From Alphaproteobacteria bacterium (lineage in GTDB: Bacteria > Pseudomonadota > Alphaproteobacteria > MPNO01), in assembly GCA_964291675.2 (NCBI GenBank), contig OZ219865.1, positions 320,001 through 384,000 on the forward strand: a stretch of DNA of 64,000 nt, written 5' to 3'. Of this stretch, positions 22,693 to 31,406 are shown piece by piece (within the stretch, counting starts at the first letter, position 1; every line of letters begins with the position of its first letter). The position numbers and the translations under genes are program-made. A model generated the notes under the pieces. It was not told the DNA's origin, searched no databases, and was given only the letters and a program-made list of their open reading frames with translations.

Positions 22693-23307
22693 ATGTCGCA
22701 CAAGCTGTTCCGTCACTCCATCCTCTGCAACGCCCGGGTTTGGGACTTTCTGAAGCAGGTCGACGCAGCCGAGGCGGAGGCCTGCCGTGCGGTGGGCTGT
22801 CCTCACTGCGGCGGGACGCTTCACAGCGCGGCCTACCCTCGCAAGCCGTACGGTCTGGCGGCGGATCTTCGGGACGATGTGCGGCGCTTCAGCCTGTGCT
22901 GTTCGGTGTGCAGGCGCCGGGTGCGTCCTGCCTCGGTGCGTTTCTTCGGTCGGAGGTTCTACGTCGGTGCGCTGTTCCTGCTGGTGAGCGCACTGGCGCT
23001 GACCGGCGGGGTGCGGTTGCAGACGATCGCGCGGCGCTGTGGGGTTCCGGTCTCGACGCTGAAGCGCTGGCGTCGCTGGTGGCTGGACGCCTTCCCGGCG
23101 ACCCCGGAGTGGGCGGCGAAGCGGGGCGAGCTGGCGACACCGGCCGGGGAAGCGCCTGTGCGCCGGCTGCTGCGCCTGATGCGGGGCCGGGGCCTGCGGG
23201 CGCGGCTGCTGCGGAGCCTGGTCTGGCTGATGCCGTGGACCGGTTCTTGCGCGCTCGGCGCCGGGCCGGCTTCGCCCGCAGAAAGCGTTTCTGTCATGAA
23301 CGGATAG
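22693..23307 (+). CDS. Hypothetical transposon protein with Cys-rich Zn-ribbon and HTH-like segment
   Basis: CPHCGGTLH, CCSVC, 'TIARRCGVPVSTLKRWRRWW'; first ORF inside the element. Confidence 0.7.
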   Translation: MSHKLFRHSILCNARVWDFLKQVDAAEAEACRAVGCPHCGGTLHSAAYPRKPYGLAADLRDDVRRFSLCCSVCRRRVRPASVRFFGRRFYVGALFLLVSALALTGGVRLQTIARRCGVPVSTLKRWRRWWLDAFPATPEWAAKRGELATPAGEAPVRRLLRLMRGRGLRARLLRSLVWLMPWTGSCALGAGPASPAESVSVMNG

Positions 23308-23356
23308 GGGCTCTTACACCGGCATCTCCCCAACAGGGCGAGGGAGGGATGCCGGG

Positions 23357-24811
23357 ATGGACAGCAACGACGGGAGCGAGCGTCGCGACCGGTGGGCGCG
23401 GCTGCGCTTCGCGGTGGTCGGGCCGCTTCTGGCCTCGCCGCCGCCGAAGGGGAAGCTGCGGGCCGAGCTGGAGCGGCTGGCCGGACGCGAGTGGGAACAT
23501 CCGTCCGGCAAGGGGCCGGTGCGCTTCTCGGCCTCCACGATCGAGCGCTGGTACTACCAGGCGCGGGCGCAGGAGCAGGACCCGGTCAAGGCGCTTCGCC
23601 GAAAGCCACGGGCCGACATCGGCCGCGAACGGGCGATATCGGCGGCACTGATCGAGGTGTTGCGCGATCAGTACCGGGCGCATCCGTCGTGGTCGGCACA
23701 GCTGCACCATGAGAACCTGGCGGCGCTGGTCGCGGCCGATCCGGCGCTCGGCCCGATGCCGTCCTATGCGACGCTCACCCGGGCGATGCGGGCTCGCGGG
23801 CTGGTGCGCAAGCGCCGGCGCAAGTGGCACGAGAGCGAGGCGCGGCCGCCTGTCCAGGCCCGCGAGGTACTGAGCTACGAGGTCACGCGCAGCCACGCCC
23901 TGTGGCACAGCGATATGCATACCGCCAAGTGTCGTGTGCTGACGGCCTCGGGCGAGTGGAAGACGCCGATCCTTCTGGGCTTTCTCGACGACCACTCCCG
24001 GCTCGGCTGCCACCTTCAGTGGTATCTCGCCGAGACCGCAGAGGTCTTCGTCCATGGGCTGTGCCAGGCGTTGATGAAGCGGGGCCTGCCGCGGTCCCTG
24101 CTGACCGACAACGGCTCGGCGATGACCGCCGGCGAGGTCGAGGAAGGGTTGCTCCGGCTCGGCATCGCGGGGGTCACGACGCTCGCGTACAGCCCGCATC
24201 AAAATGGAAAGATCGAGACTTTCTGGGGCACGGTCGAATCACGCCTGATGGCCCAGCTCGAAGGCGTCGACGCGCTCACCCTGAAGATGCTCAACGACGC
24301 CACCGTCGCCTGGCTGGAGCAGGACTATCACCGCCGCGAGCACCGCGAACTCGGCATGTCGCCGCATCGGCGCCTCGCCGGGAGCGTCGACGCATCGCGG
24401 CCCTGCCCCGGCGCGGCCGAGCTCAAGGCGGCCTTCCGCATCACGAGGAAGCGCATGCTCCGGCGCTCGGACGGCACCGTCTCGGTCGAGAACATCCGCT
24501 ACCAGATACCGCCGCCGTGGCGCCACCTGCGCGAGGCCTGGGTCCGCTATGCGCGCTGGGACCTCAGCAGCGTCGATCTGGTCGACGGCCGGGGCGGCGA
24601 ACGGCTGTGCACGCTCTATCCCCTCGACAAGCGCGGCAACGCCGATGGTGTGCGCCGTCCCATCGGCCCCGGCGACGACGATGGCAAGGGCGGCGAGGGG
24701 ACAGGCGGACTGCCGCCGCTGCTCAAGAGCATGCTCGACGCGCAGGCTGCAACCGGCCTGCCGCCGGCATGGCTTGCCTTCGATGACACCCGCGATGATG
24801 GAGAACGCTGA
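23357..24811 (+). CDS. DDE transposase/integrase (rve core, Mu/IS481-like)
   Basis: N-terminal HTH 'SASTIERWY'; D in WHSDM, D in LTDNGS, E in NGKIETF; C-terminal 'DGTVSVENIRYQIP'. Confidence 0.92.
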   Translation: MDSNDGSERRDRWARLRFAVVGPLLASPPPKGKLRAELERLAGREWEHPSGKGPVRFSASTIERWYYQARAQEQDPVKALRRKPRADIGRERAISAALIEVLRDQYRAHPSWSAQLHHENLAALVAADPALGPMPSYATLTRAMRARGLVRKRRRKWHESEARPPVQAREVLSYEVTRSHALWHSDMHTAKCRVLTASGEWKTPILLGFLDDHSRLGCHLQWYLAETAEVFVHGLCQALMKRGLPRSLLTDNGSAMTAGEVEEGLLRLGIAGVTTLAYSPHQNGKIETFWGTVESRLMAQLEGVDALTLKMLNDATVAWLEQDYHRREHRELGMSPHRRLAGSVDASRPCPGAAELKAAFRITRKRMLRRSDGTVSVENIRYQIPPPWRHLREAWVRYARWDLSSVDLVDGRGGERLCTLYPLDKRGNADGVRRPIGPGDDDGKGGEGTGGLPPLLKSMLDAQAATGLPPAWLAFDDTRDDGER

Positions 24812-25644
24812 TGAACCGCGAACACCTCACCCTGTACGGGCTCAAGTGGAACCCGTTCGCCCCTGACCTCCCGGTCGACAGCCTGATGGCGACTGGCGCC
24901 GTCGACAGCTTCTGCCTCAGGATCGAACGCCATCTCGTGCGCCACGGCGGCTTCGCACTGATCGCCGGAGAGCCCGGAACCGGAAAGAGCGTTGCCCTGC
25001 GCCTGCTCGCCCACCGGCTCGGGCGATGCGACGGGCTCAGGGTCGCCGCCATCACCCACCCGTCCTCGAGACTGTCGGACTTCTACCGCGAGATCGGCGA
25101 GCTGTTTGGCGTCGACCTGCTGTACAACAATCGCTGGGCCAGCTTCAAAAACCTGCGCCAGCGCTGGCTCGCGCATCTCGATGACACCCGCATGCGCCCG
25201 GTGTTGCTCATCGACGAGGCCCAGGAACTGCTGCCCTCGGTGTTCTCCGAGATCCGCCTGCTCGCGTCGACCGACTTCGACTCGCGCGCCATCCTCTCCG
25301 TCGTCTTCGCCGGTGACAACCGCCTGCTCGACCGGCTCCGCCAGCCCGACCTGCAGCCCATCGCCTCGCGTATCCGACAGCGTCTGCTGATGACCCGGAC
25401 CGAGGACGCCGACCTGGCCGGCCTGCTCGACCATCTGCTCGAAGAGGCCGGCAATCCGGCGCTGATGACCGCCGGGCTCAGGGACACCCTCGTCACCCAT
25501 GCCGCAGGAAACCCCAGGGCACTCACCGTCATGGCTGATGCCGTGCTCGCAGCCGGTGCCGAGAAGGATCGCGAGGTGCTCGACGAGAAGCTCTTCATCG
25601 AGACCCTCGGCGAGGCACCGCCAGCCAGGCGGGCCCGGCGATGA
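24811..25644 (+). CDS. ExeA-like AAA+ ATPase (MuB/TnsC/IstB-type transposition regulator)
   Basis: 'LYGLKWNPF', Walker A GEPGTGKS, Walker B LLIDEAQ, 'AGNPR'; TGATG overlap with transposase. Confidence 0.88.
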   Translation: MNREHLTLYGLKWNPFAPDLPVDSLMATGAVDSFCLRIERHLVRHGGFALIAGEPGTGKSVALRLLAHRLGRCDGLRVAAITHPSSRLSDFYREIGELFGVDLLYNNRWASFKNLRQRWLAHLDDTRMRPVLLIDEAQELLPSVFSEIRLLASTDFDSRAILSVVFAGDNRLLDRLRQPDLQPIASRIRQRLLMTRTEDADLAGLLDHLLEEAGNPALMTAGLRDTLVTHAAGNPRALTVMADAVLAAGAEKDREVLDEKLFIETLGEAPPARRARR

Positions 25645-26630
25645 CCGGCTTCCCGACACGGCCACCGGCCGAACTCGAGGAGCGGCCGCGGGAGCGGCAG
25701 TGGCTGGTCGATGCCCTGTGGAGCGAACAGGGGGTCGGCATCGTCGGCGGCGAGCCCAAGTGCGGCAAGTCCTTCCTCGCGCTGGACCTCGCCGTCGCGG
25801 TGGCTGCAGGAGTGCCCTGCCTGCGCCACTTCCGCCCCGCGGCAAGCGGCACCGTGTTGCTCTTCGCCGCCGAGGACGCCGGTCACATCGTGCGCGACCG
25901 CCTCAAGGGCATCGCCCGGGCCGCCGGCGCCGACTTCGAGGCCCTCGACATCGCCGTCATCGACGTGCCCACGCTCCGCCTCGATCATCGCCTCGACCGG
26001 CAGCGGCTGCTGGAGACCGTCGAACGGATCGGACCGCGCCTCCTCGTCCTCGATCCCCTGGTCCGCCTGCATGGCGTCGACGAGAACGCGGTTGCGGAAG
26101 TCGCTCCCATCCTCGGCTTCCTGCGCGACCTGCAGCGCCGCTTCGGGACCGCTGTGCTGCTCGTCCACCACGCTCGCAAGAGTGGCGCCAGCCGCCCCGG
26201 CCAGGCGCTGCGCGGCAGCAGCGAGCTGCATGCCTGGGGCGACAGCAATCTCTACCTGCGCCGGCGCGACGGGCAGATCGTCATGACCGCCGAGCATCGC
26301 GCCGCACCCGGCCTCAACAATATCGAGATCGAGCTTGCCGATGACGGCGAAGGACCAGCGCTGCAGCTCCGGCGGACAGGACCTCACCAGGCTCCGCCGC
26401 AGCCGGACAGCGCCGAACAGCGGATCGCCCAGGTGCTCGCGACAGCCGAATCCCCACTCGTGCAGTCCGAGATCCGAAAACGCGCCGGGGTACGCAACGC
26501 GACTGTCTCCGCGGCACTGCACGGGCTTGTGCGCGAGGGACGGGTCGAGCGCGGGACGGGAGGTCGCTACCGCTTCCTCGGAACCGCGGCGAACCAAGCC
26601 GACAACCCGACGGACAGCCACAACCCGTAG
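25641..26630 (+). CDS. RepA-like (AAA_25, RecA-superfamily) helicase with C-terminal winged HTH
   Basis: GGEPKCGKS, 'LLFAAED', 'LLVLDPL', 'LLVHHARK', 'LRGSSELHAWGD'; tail 'QSEIRKRAGVRNATVSAALHGLVREGRV'; ATGA overlap. Confidence 0.85.
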   Translation: MTGFPTRPPAELEERPRERQWLVDALWSEQGVGIVGGEPKCGKSFLALDLAVAVAAGVPCLRHFRPAASGTVLLFAAEDAGHIVRDRLKGIARAAGADFEALDIAVIDVPTLRLDHRLDRQRLLETVERIGPRLLVLDPLVRLHGVDENAVAEVAPILGFLRDLQRRFGTAVLLVHHARKSGASRPGQALRGSSELHAWGDSNLYLRRRDGQIVMTAEHRAAPGLNNIEIELADDGEGPALQLRRTGPHQAPPQPDSAEQRIAQVLATAESPLVQSEIRKRAGVRNATVSAALHGLVREGRVERGTGGRYRFLGTAANQADNPTDSHNP

Positions 26631-26645
26631 GCGAAGCAGCCCCTC

Positions 26646-26699
26646 TTCCCGTTCCCGTTCCGGCGAACCCTTAAGCGTTGCAGGGAACGGGAACGGGAA
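26646..26699. repeat. Perfect 16-bp inverted repeat built from GGGAAC hexamers (iteron-like)
   Basis: TTCCCGTTCCCGTTCC (26646-26661) - 22 nt - GGAACGGGAACGGGAA (26684-26699). Confidence 0.85.
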
Positions 26700-26956
26700 C
26701 ACCAGCGCACAATGCCCCACGAAACTGCCTGAAGCGATCGGCCAATGGCCGAAAGCTCTGCTTACGGCCATGGCAGCCCTCTGGCGCGGGGACGGCGGCG
26801 GGTCACCCGAAGGGCCGTAGCGGAGCGAAGGAGCCGCGAAGCGGCTTGAAGCGCCGACGGCCTCGCGACACTCCCCGCCCGGCCTTCCTGCAAACGGCAG
26901 ACGATCCCCATCGAATAACGCGAAATCCGCACCATCAAACAACGTGCGCGCGCTCA

Positions 26957-27540
26957 ACCCGCACCGCGATGCGACCGCCCGCCGCCGCCACATGGCCAAT
27001 CCCGGCCGCCGTCGCATACCCCCGGTCGGCCAGGATGTGGTCGCCCGCGCGCACCGGAAACCGCGCCAGATACTCCGCGCTGCCCGCCCCGCGCGTCGGC
27101 GTCACCGCGAAGTAATCGCAGCGCAGCGAGGACAGGCACAGGCTGTAATGCACCCGCCACACAGAGCCCGTCCGCCCCGGCTCGCGCACCGTGGTGGCGT
27201 CGAACGCGCGCACCCGCAAGCCCGAACCCGGTCGCGAACCCGGCGGGCGCGCCAGGCCGCGCTCGCGAAACAGCGCAACGCACAGCCCGTGCAGCCAGTC
27301 CGACGATTTGCGAAGCCGCTTGAGCAGCGCAACGTCCGACAGATCCGCCAGACCCGCCTGGCGCGCCCGAACCGCCGTCTCGCGCAGCGAATGCCCGCAG
27401 CCCAGATGCAGCAGCAGAACCCGCAGCGCCGCCTGTGCCGACTTGTCCTTGCGCAGACCCTTCAACGCCCCGCTGGAACGGCCCAAATCCTCCCAGCCGG
27501 CCGGCAGAAACGACCGCAGAACCGCCCAGTCCTCGTCCAT
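26957..27540 (-). pseudogene. IS4-family transposase, 5' fragment
   Basis: 'SLRETA', 'LSDVALLKRL', 'FDATTV', 'ILADRGYA' catalytic Asp motifs; cut at ...AVR|V. Confidence 0.9.
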
Positions 27541-27611
27541 CGCAGGTCTCCGAGCCCAAACACTCGGGAACCCTAGCCAAAATGACCGATCGAAACAAGT
27601 TAGCGCTTATG

Positions 27612-27805
27612 GGACTTGATCCGGGGGCCGCGCATGACGGGAGGAGGCATGGCGATGGGGCGGGCCGCGCCCGGCTCTCCACGCTCTCTCACCGCCACCC
27701 CCACCACGTCATGGCCGGACTTGATCCGGCCATCCATGCGGCGGCTCCGCCTGCACGGCGGTCCCACGAGAGGGGCGGCGCCGCCGGTGGATGCCCGGAT
27801 CGCCC
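27612..27805. repeat. REP-like palindrome cluster, right of the IS
   Basis: Remainder of the cut REP plus CGTCATGGCCGGACTTGATCCGGCCATCCA; similar to about 21441-21560. Confidence 0.85.
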
Positions 27806-27819
27806 CCCGGCCCCGGCGG

Positions 27820-28788
27820 TCAGCTCTTGGGCGGCCAGAGGCCGGCCTCCTTGTAGAACTTGATCGCGCCCGGGTGGTAGGGGTTCGAGTGCCGGGCCGC
27901 CATCTCGTCCGGCACCATGCGGTTGAACGGCCCGAAGGCGAGCGCCAGCGCCTTCTTGTTGTTGTAGAGCGTCTTGGTGGTCAGATAGACCACCTCGTCC
28001 GACACGTGCGCGCCGGTCACCAGGTAGAACTGCACCCGCATCATCGCCGTCGGCTCGACCACCCCGGTATTGGTCTTTTTGGGCGACACCACGTTGGGCT
28101 CGGCATAGGGCAGCACGCCGTGCATGCGCTTGGCGCCCTCGGGCGTCACGTCGAAGGTGATGTAGCGCCAGCCGTTGCTCATGGTGGCCATCGCCTTCTT
28201 GCCGGCGCCCGCATTCAGCGGGATATAGGCGGTGTCCACCTTGCCCTGGACCAGCGCGTCGATGCCGCGGATGAAGGTCGGCACCGGGAAGCGGCGCACG
28301 TCGTCGAAGCTCATCTCCCGGGTCGCCAGGATTCCGCCGGTGATGTAGTGGAAGATGCGCCCGCTGGTGTAGTCGGACGGCACCCGCTTGCCCTTCAGAT
28401 CGTCGATCTTGCGGATCGCCGAGTCCTTGGGCACGGCGAAGGTGCCGTTGATGCGGTACATCACGCCGAGATTGCGCAGCCCCGTGTTGGGCCTTCCGTC
28501 GAAGATCTGCGTCCCGTCATAGGCGAAGGCGATCTCGCCCTGGTTGGCGAAGCCGAAATCGAGCTTCTTGGCGTGGATCAGCGGCAGATAGGTCGAGGAG
28601 CCGCCATAGGGGGCGACCCGGAACTGCAGCTTGCCCTTCTGGGCCATCACCTTGGCCACGGCGGTCCCCGAGGCGAAGGCGAGCGAGCCCTGCGGGTTGG
28701 TGCCGACGCTGTAGGTCTGGCCGTGGGAAGCGGTGGCGGCGGCGAGCGCGGCGAGCCCCGCGACCGCCGCTGTGGTGAGCTTGTGCAT
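27820..28788 (-). CDS. TAXI-family TRAP solute-binding protein
   Basis: Signal peptide, 'GTNPQGS', 'PYGGS', 'DLKGKRV', 'YHPGAIKFYKEAG'. Confidence 0.9.
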   Translation of the reverse strand: MHKLTTAAVAGLAALAAATASHGQTYSVGTNPQGSLAFASGTAVAKVMAQKGKLQFRVAPYGGSSTYLPLIHAKKLDFGFANQGEIAFAYDGTQIFDGRPNTGLRNLGVMYRINGTFAVPKDSAIRKIDDLKGKRVPSDYTSGRIFHYITGGILATREMSFDDVRRFPVPTFIRGIDALVQGKVDTAYIPLNAGAGKKAMATMSNGWRYITFDVTPEGAKRMHGVLPYAEPNVVSPKKTNTGVVEPTAMMRVQFYLVTGAHVSDEVVYLTTKTLYNNKKALALAFGPFNRMVPDEMAARHSNPYHPGAIKFYKEAGLWPPKS

Positions 28789-28827
28789 GGTTGTCCTCCC
28801 GTTTCGGTTATGCGTTGCGGAAATATC

Positions 28828-30762
28828 TCACTCGCCGGCCCCGGCCGCCGGGGTGTCCCGGAGCCGCGCGCGGCGCGACGCGAAAAGCTCGTGCGCGACG
28901 ATCGCCAGCCCCACCCCGGAGCCGGCGATGGCGGCGGTGCCTTCGAGCCCGAGCGCGGTGTCGGGCGTCATCGCGACCAGGCCGACGATGGCGAGCGCGA
29001 TGCGGCGCGCCGGGTCGAGCGGGCGCATGAAGTACCCCTCGACGGCGATCGCGACGAGGTAGACGCCGATCGTCGCCGTCGCCACGTTGATCGCGATCTG
29101 CCCCGCCTCGCCCTGCATGATCAGGGTGGGCGACAGCACGAACAGGAACGGCACCACATAGGCGACCCAGCCCAGCTTCATGGCCATGAACCCGGTGCGG
29201 GTCGGGCTCTCTCGTGAAAGTGTCGCCGCGGCGAAGGCGGCCAGCGCGATCGGCGGGGTGATCATCGACATCATGCCGAAATAGAGGATGAACACATGCG
29301 CGGCGAGCGGCAGCACCCCGGCCTCGACCAGCGACGGCGCGACCAGGGCGGCGAGCAGCACGTAGACCCCGGTGGTCGGCATCCCCATCCCCAGCAGGAT
29401 GCAGATGCCGGCCGCGATCAGCAGCAGCACCGCGAGCTGGTCGCCGCCGAGCTCGATCAGGAACAGGGTGAGCGCGAACCCGCCGCCGCTCAGATTGAGG
29501 ATGCCGATCACGAAGCCCGCGGCGGCGACGATGATGTTGAGCTCCACCATCGCGATGCCGGTGTCCCAGAACGTGGCGAAGAACTCGCGCAGGCGCAGCC
29601 GCTTGCCCTTGTAGGAGCGCAGCGCGCCGCCCACGGCGATGGTCGCCGCGGCGTAGAGCGCGGCGATCTCCGGCTCGGCGTTGAGCTCGAACAGCGCGTA
29701 GATCAGCACCGCGAAGGGGACGATGAAATGCCAGCCCTCCTTCAGCACGGTCCGCGCCCTGGGCAGCGATTCGGCGGCCGACGTGATGTCGTCGCGCGCC
29801 GCCACCAGGTCGACCTGGACGAACACCGCGAAGTAGTAGAGCAGCGCCGGTATCAGCCCGGCGACGATCACGTCGGTATAGGGCAGCTCCAGGAACTCGG
29901 CCATCAGGAAGGCCGCCGCGCCCATGATCGGCGGCATGAACTGGCCCCCGGTCGAGGCGATCGCCTCGATGGCGCCGGCCTGGACGCCGGTATAGCCCGA
30001 GCGCTGCATCAGCGGGATGGTGATCACCCCGGTGGTGGCGACGTTGGAGACCGCGCTGCCCGAGATCGAGCCGAACATCGCCGATGCGACGACCGAGATC
30101 TTCGCCGCCCCGCCCCGCCTGCGCCCCATGGTGGCCATCGCCAGGTCGGTGAAGAACTCGCCGCCGCCGGTCTTGAACAGGAGCTGGCCGAGGAAGATGA
30201 ACAGGATCACGATGGTGACCGAGACGCTCAGCGCCGCGCCGAGCAGCGCGCTCGGGTCGAAGCCGAGATAGATCGGCAGCTCGTCGATGCCGATCGAGCG
30301 GCCGGTCAGCGGCGCCGGCACCAGATGGCCGACCATCGCGTAGGCGATGAAGCCGAGCACGATGAAGAACAGGAAGAGGCCGGCGGTCCGCCTCAACGCC
30401 TCCATGACCAGCAACACGATGACGCTGCCCATGATCAGCATCTCCGGCGGGCCGAAGGGCTGCTCGCGCAGGAAATAGGCGTACCAGACGGCGATCGAGA
30501 ACAGCACGGCCGGCGCGATCAGCGCGAGGATCCAGTCGTACCAGGGCACCCGCCGGGACTTGCTCCGGTTGGCGCGGTTGAGCAGGAAGACCGTCGTGAG
30601 CGTGAGCCCGGCGGCCACCGCCAGGAACTGCTCCTTGTAGAGCGCGATGCCCAGATAGGACGGTATCTGCAAGGCGAGCACCAGGGAGAACAGGGTCATC
30701 ACCCCGGCGCATGCGCGCGCTGAGTAGAGCGCTAGCAAGCCATGTCCCTTCGCCCCCCGCAC
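28828..30762 (-). CDS. TRAP 4TM/12TM fused permease (TAXI type; start uncertain)
   Basis: 'GSISGSAVSNV', 'EAIASTGGQFMPPIMGAAAFLMAE', 'LGMGMPTTG', 'ITPPIALAAFAAA'. Confidence 0.92.
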   Translation of the reverse strand: MRGAKGHGLLALYSARACAGVMTLFSLVLALQIPSYLGIALYKEQFLAVAAGLTLTTVFLLNRANRSKSRRVPWYDWILALIAPAVLFSIAVWYAYFLREQPFGPPEMLIMGSVIVLLVMEALRRTAGLFLFFIVLGFIAYAMVGHLVPAPLTGRSIGIDELPIYLGFDPSALLGAALSVSVTIVILFIFLGQLLFKTGGGEFFTDLAMATMGRRRGGAAKISVVASAMFGSISGSAVSNVATTGVITIPLMQRSGYTGVQAGAIEAIASTGGQFMPPIMGAAAFLMAEFLELPYTDVIVAGLIPALLYYFAVFVQVDLVAARDDITSAAESLPRARTVLKEGWHFIVPFAVLIYALFELNAEPEIAALYAAATIAVGGALRSYKGKRLRLREFFATFWDTGIAMVELNIIVAAAGFVIGILNLSGGGFALTLFLIELGGDQLAVLLLIAAGICILLGMGMPTTGVYVLLAALVAPSLVEAGVLPLAAHVFILYFGMMSMITPPIALAAFAAATLSRESPTRTGFMAMKLGWVAYVVPFLFVLSPTLIMQGEAGQIAINVATATIGVYLVAIAVEGYFMRPLDPARRIALAIVGLVAMTPDTALGLEGTAAIAGSGVGLAIVAHELFASRRARLRDTPAAGAGE

Positions 30763-30880
30763 GGGGAAGGCGGCCGCCGCGCCGCCCAGGGGTTCAGCCT
30801 AGCGGAACCCGCCCGGCGCCGCCAATCCCGGCGGCGGGGCGGGATTTTGCGCTTCGTCACGGTCGGGCCTGCCCCCCCTT

Positions 30881-31397
30881 CGTCATGCCCGCCCCCGGAT
30901 CGAGTCCGGGGGTGATCCGGGCACCCACTGGCGCCGCCGCTCCTTCCGACGGGGCGTTGTACCGGTGGCGCCAGTGGTTGCGCGGATCAAGTCCGCGCAT
31001 GGGTGGCCGGATCAAGTCCGGCCATGACGGGGTGGGGGTGGCGGTGGAGAAGCACGGGAGCCGGGGGCGGACCGCCCCGCCCGTGGGTGCCCGGAACGAG
31101 GCCGGGGTGACAACGGAGGGGCAGGGACGGCAAGCGCGGGCGTGCGGCGATCCGTGTCCCGATCCGGCGGATGCGCCGATATCCCGCCCGGAACAAGGCT
31201 TTGCGCCCGGTCCAGCTCATATAAGCCGGACAGCAGTGGATCAAGTCCGGGCATGACGGGGAGGGGGCACCCACTGGCGCCGCCGCCTCTCCCACCCGGT
31301 CGCTGTGCGCGCGGAGAGGCCGCATGGGTGGCCGGATCACCCCCGGATCAAGTCCGGGGGCCGGGCATGACGGGGTGGGGCGATCCGGGCACCCATG
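30881..31397. repeat. REP cluster containing an inverted partial MITE copy (about 30920-31238)
   Basis: Reverse complement of much of 42065-42380; one TIR TAAGCCGGACAGCAGTG at 31222-31238. Confidence 0.85.
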
Positions 31398-31406
31398 GGC
31401 GCCGGC

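Larger units (their letters stand above)
22548..26956 (+). mobile_element. 4,409-bp four-gene TG...CA transposon (DDE transposase + AAA ATPase + RepA-like helicase)
   Basis: 5-bp TSD ACCCG (22543-22547, 26957-26961); termini TGAGCAGGCGCAGG vs TGAGCGCGCGCACG (reverse complement); subterminal inverted motif TTGCA(A/G)GAAGGCCG at 22633-22646 and 26880-26893. Confidence 0.9.
21852..27611 (-). mobile_element. IS4-family insertion sequence (about 1.35 kb of its own sequence) inserted in a REP loop and interrupted by a nested transposon
   Basis: TIRs CATAAGCGCTAACTTGT / ACAAGTTAGCGCTTATG; flanking direct repeat GGACTTGATCC (21841-21851, 27612-27622; 9 bp if termini include one more C). Confidence 0.9.

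Noticed and set aside
24811-25644. ExeA as a type II secretion component
   Set aside because: Lacks the membrane/peptidoglycan-binding part, is coupled to a transposase and lies within TSD-bounded ends
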